A stretch of DNA of 64,000 nt from Macrostomum lignano (lineage: Eukaryota), in assembly GCA_002269645.1 (NCBI GenBank), contig NIVC01001425.1, positions 227,478 through 291,477 of the forward strand. The letters are read 5' to 3'. The position numbers and the translations under genes were made by a program. The stretch's first letter is position 1. Every line of letters begins with the position of its first letter. This document shows, piece by piece, positions 62,366-64,000 of the stretch. The notes under the pieces are model-generated. The model saw only the letters and a list, made by a program, of their open reading frames with translations. It made no database searches and had not been told where the DNA came from.

Positions 62366-63364
62366 TAGATAGACTCTCTTTCTGCCTGTAATTCCCTCTA
62401 TAGACTCGTGATTCCTTTCGCCTGAAGGAAATTCCTTCTGCCCTTTCTATCTGTCTTTCTGTGTCTGTTTGCTTGTCCCGTCTTCTGAATTATGAACAGG
62501 AAAAGAGAATTACAGTCCAGCAGGGAATCAGAGCAGAGGGAATTACATGCCGGCAGGGGAATTATGGATAGGCATATAGGCAAATACATAATGTAGTGGG
62601 ATTTCATAGAGAATTACAGGCAAATTTAACAGAAGTCATTTACTTTCGTTTTTAAAACTCAGTGTTGACTACTCACCTAAACAACCTGACAGTAGTATCA
62701 ACCTGATCTACCAGCCCTTTAGTTCAACCCCACAGCCGCTAACCACGGCAAAGCCTTGCTAGTTTGAATCCATGCCGGGAAAAAGTATCTTCTAAAAGAC
62801 AGGAACAGTCAGTCTATTTGACAGCAGCGGTAACCTGCATCACTGCAGAAGCCCGGTTCCCTGTCAGCCTCTGCCGCTCCCTCATGGGGGGGGGTCAACT
62901 ACTTTCCAATAACTTCTAGAAGCAGCAAAACACGAAGCACTGAAGTAACCCGGCGGGGCTGGCACAACATTCCTTTTGAAAATCATCTCCCAAAATATTA
63001 CTTCTGCCATTGGGAAGAAAACAAAAAAGTTTATAATTTGCACTTGTTCGCAAAATGGAAAGATCAGTGTTGGTCTTATGCACTTTGCTAGCCAACTTAG
63101 GGGTTTATTGGCACTCGAGAGGCGGTCTGGCAGTGCTGGGTAGAGCAGATAGGAATCGCTGAACAGTCTTCTCTCTGCTCGCAATTCAACTTGTTTGAAT
63201 TTGATTATTTTCTCACCCTGTTTCTTGGAATTTTTGTCAGCGTTAAGCGAAAAATGGCTCGCTAAGCTATAAGTGGCTAAGTGTAATTTTCAGCTATTTT
63301 CCAGTTCTTCTGACTGAGTAGATACGGATATTACATATCGACTTTATCCGATAAAACACAACTC

Positions 63365-64000
63365 CCCTCCATTGAAACACACAACTTGACGCCACTGCAG
63401 AAACACAATTTGACGCGAACTGAAACAAAATTTGGCGCCACTGAAACACACTGTTTGGCGCCACTGAAACACTGTTTGGCGCCACTGAACACATTTGGCG
63501 CCACTGAAACACACAACTTGACGCCGCTGAAACACAATTTGGCGCCAATAAACACACATTTGGCGCCACTGAAACACAACTTGGCGCCACTGAAACACAC
63601 AACTTTGGCGCCGCTGAAACACACAACTGCGCCGCTGAAACACAACTGGCGCGTGAAACACAATTTGGCGCCACTGAAACACAAGTTTGGCGCCACTGAA
63701 ACACATTTGGCGCCACTGAAACACTGTTTGGCGCCCTTAAAACACACAATTTGGCGCCAATGAAACACACTGCTGGCCACTACTGAAACACACTTTTGGC
63801 ACCATTAAAACACACAATTTGGCGCCACTGAAACACAATTTGGCGCCACTGAAACACCCTGTTTGGCGCCACTGAAAACACAATTTGGCGCACTGAAACA
63901 CACTGTTGGCGCCACTGAAACACAATTTGGCGCACTGAAACACACGTTTTGCGCCACTGAAACACAATTTGGCGCCACTGAAACACACTGTTTGGCGCCA
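63365..64000. repeat. 21-23-bp minisatellite (TTGGCGCCACTGAAACACACAAT and variants), runs off the window end
   Basis: Tandem units seen directly. Confidence 0.93.

Overview
Eukaryotic (metazoan) genomic DNA with GC-rich exons, GT-AG introns and a very dense load of locally expanded minisatellites. The style suggests a free-living flatworm such as Macrostomum, but that is inference. Four protein-coding genes can be assembled by hand. (1) A TBX2/3-family T-box gene, minus strand, 5 exons, 2700-12769, about 652 aa. (2) Prohibitin-2, minus strand, 4 exons, 18359-24639, 289 aa. (3) An R3HCC1/R3HCC1L-like RRM gene, plus strand, two exons seen at 30749-31883, 5' exon not found. (4) A ONECUT/HNF6 CUT-homeobox gene, minus strand, 2 exons, 52025-61016, whose first exon carries four single-base deletions. 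PHB2 intron 1 holds a complete-ended 2361-bp Ty3/Gypsy (Mag-like) LTR element with a 5-bp TSD. It has lost RT, RNase H and the integrase core by an in-frame internal deletion. The same intron holds a 788-bp hAT-type MITE with an 8-bp TSD. About 30 different tandem arrays fill the introns and intergenic space, and most long ORFs in the supplied track are artefacts of them. The most suggestive unexplained signals are: an array of about 18 T-box-site-like units just upstream of the T-box gene; TGTCA and TTAGGG cores shared among otherwise unrelated minisatellites; higher-order repeat structure; and several perfect hairpins. No CRISPR, rRNA or tRNA gene is supported.
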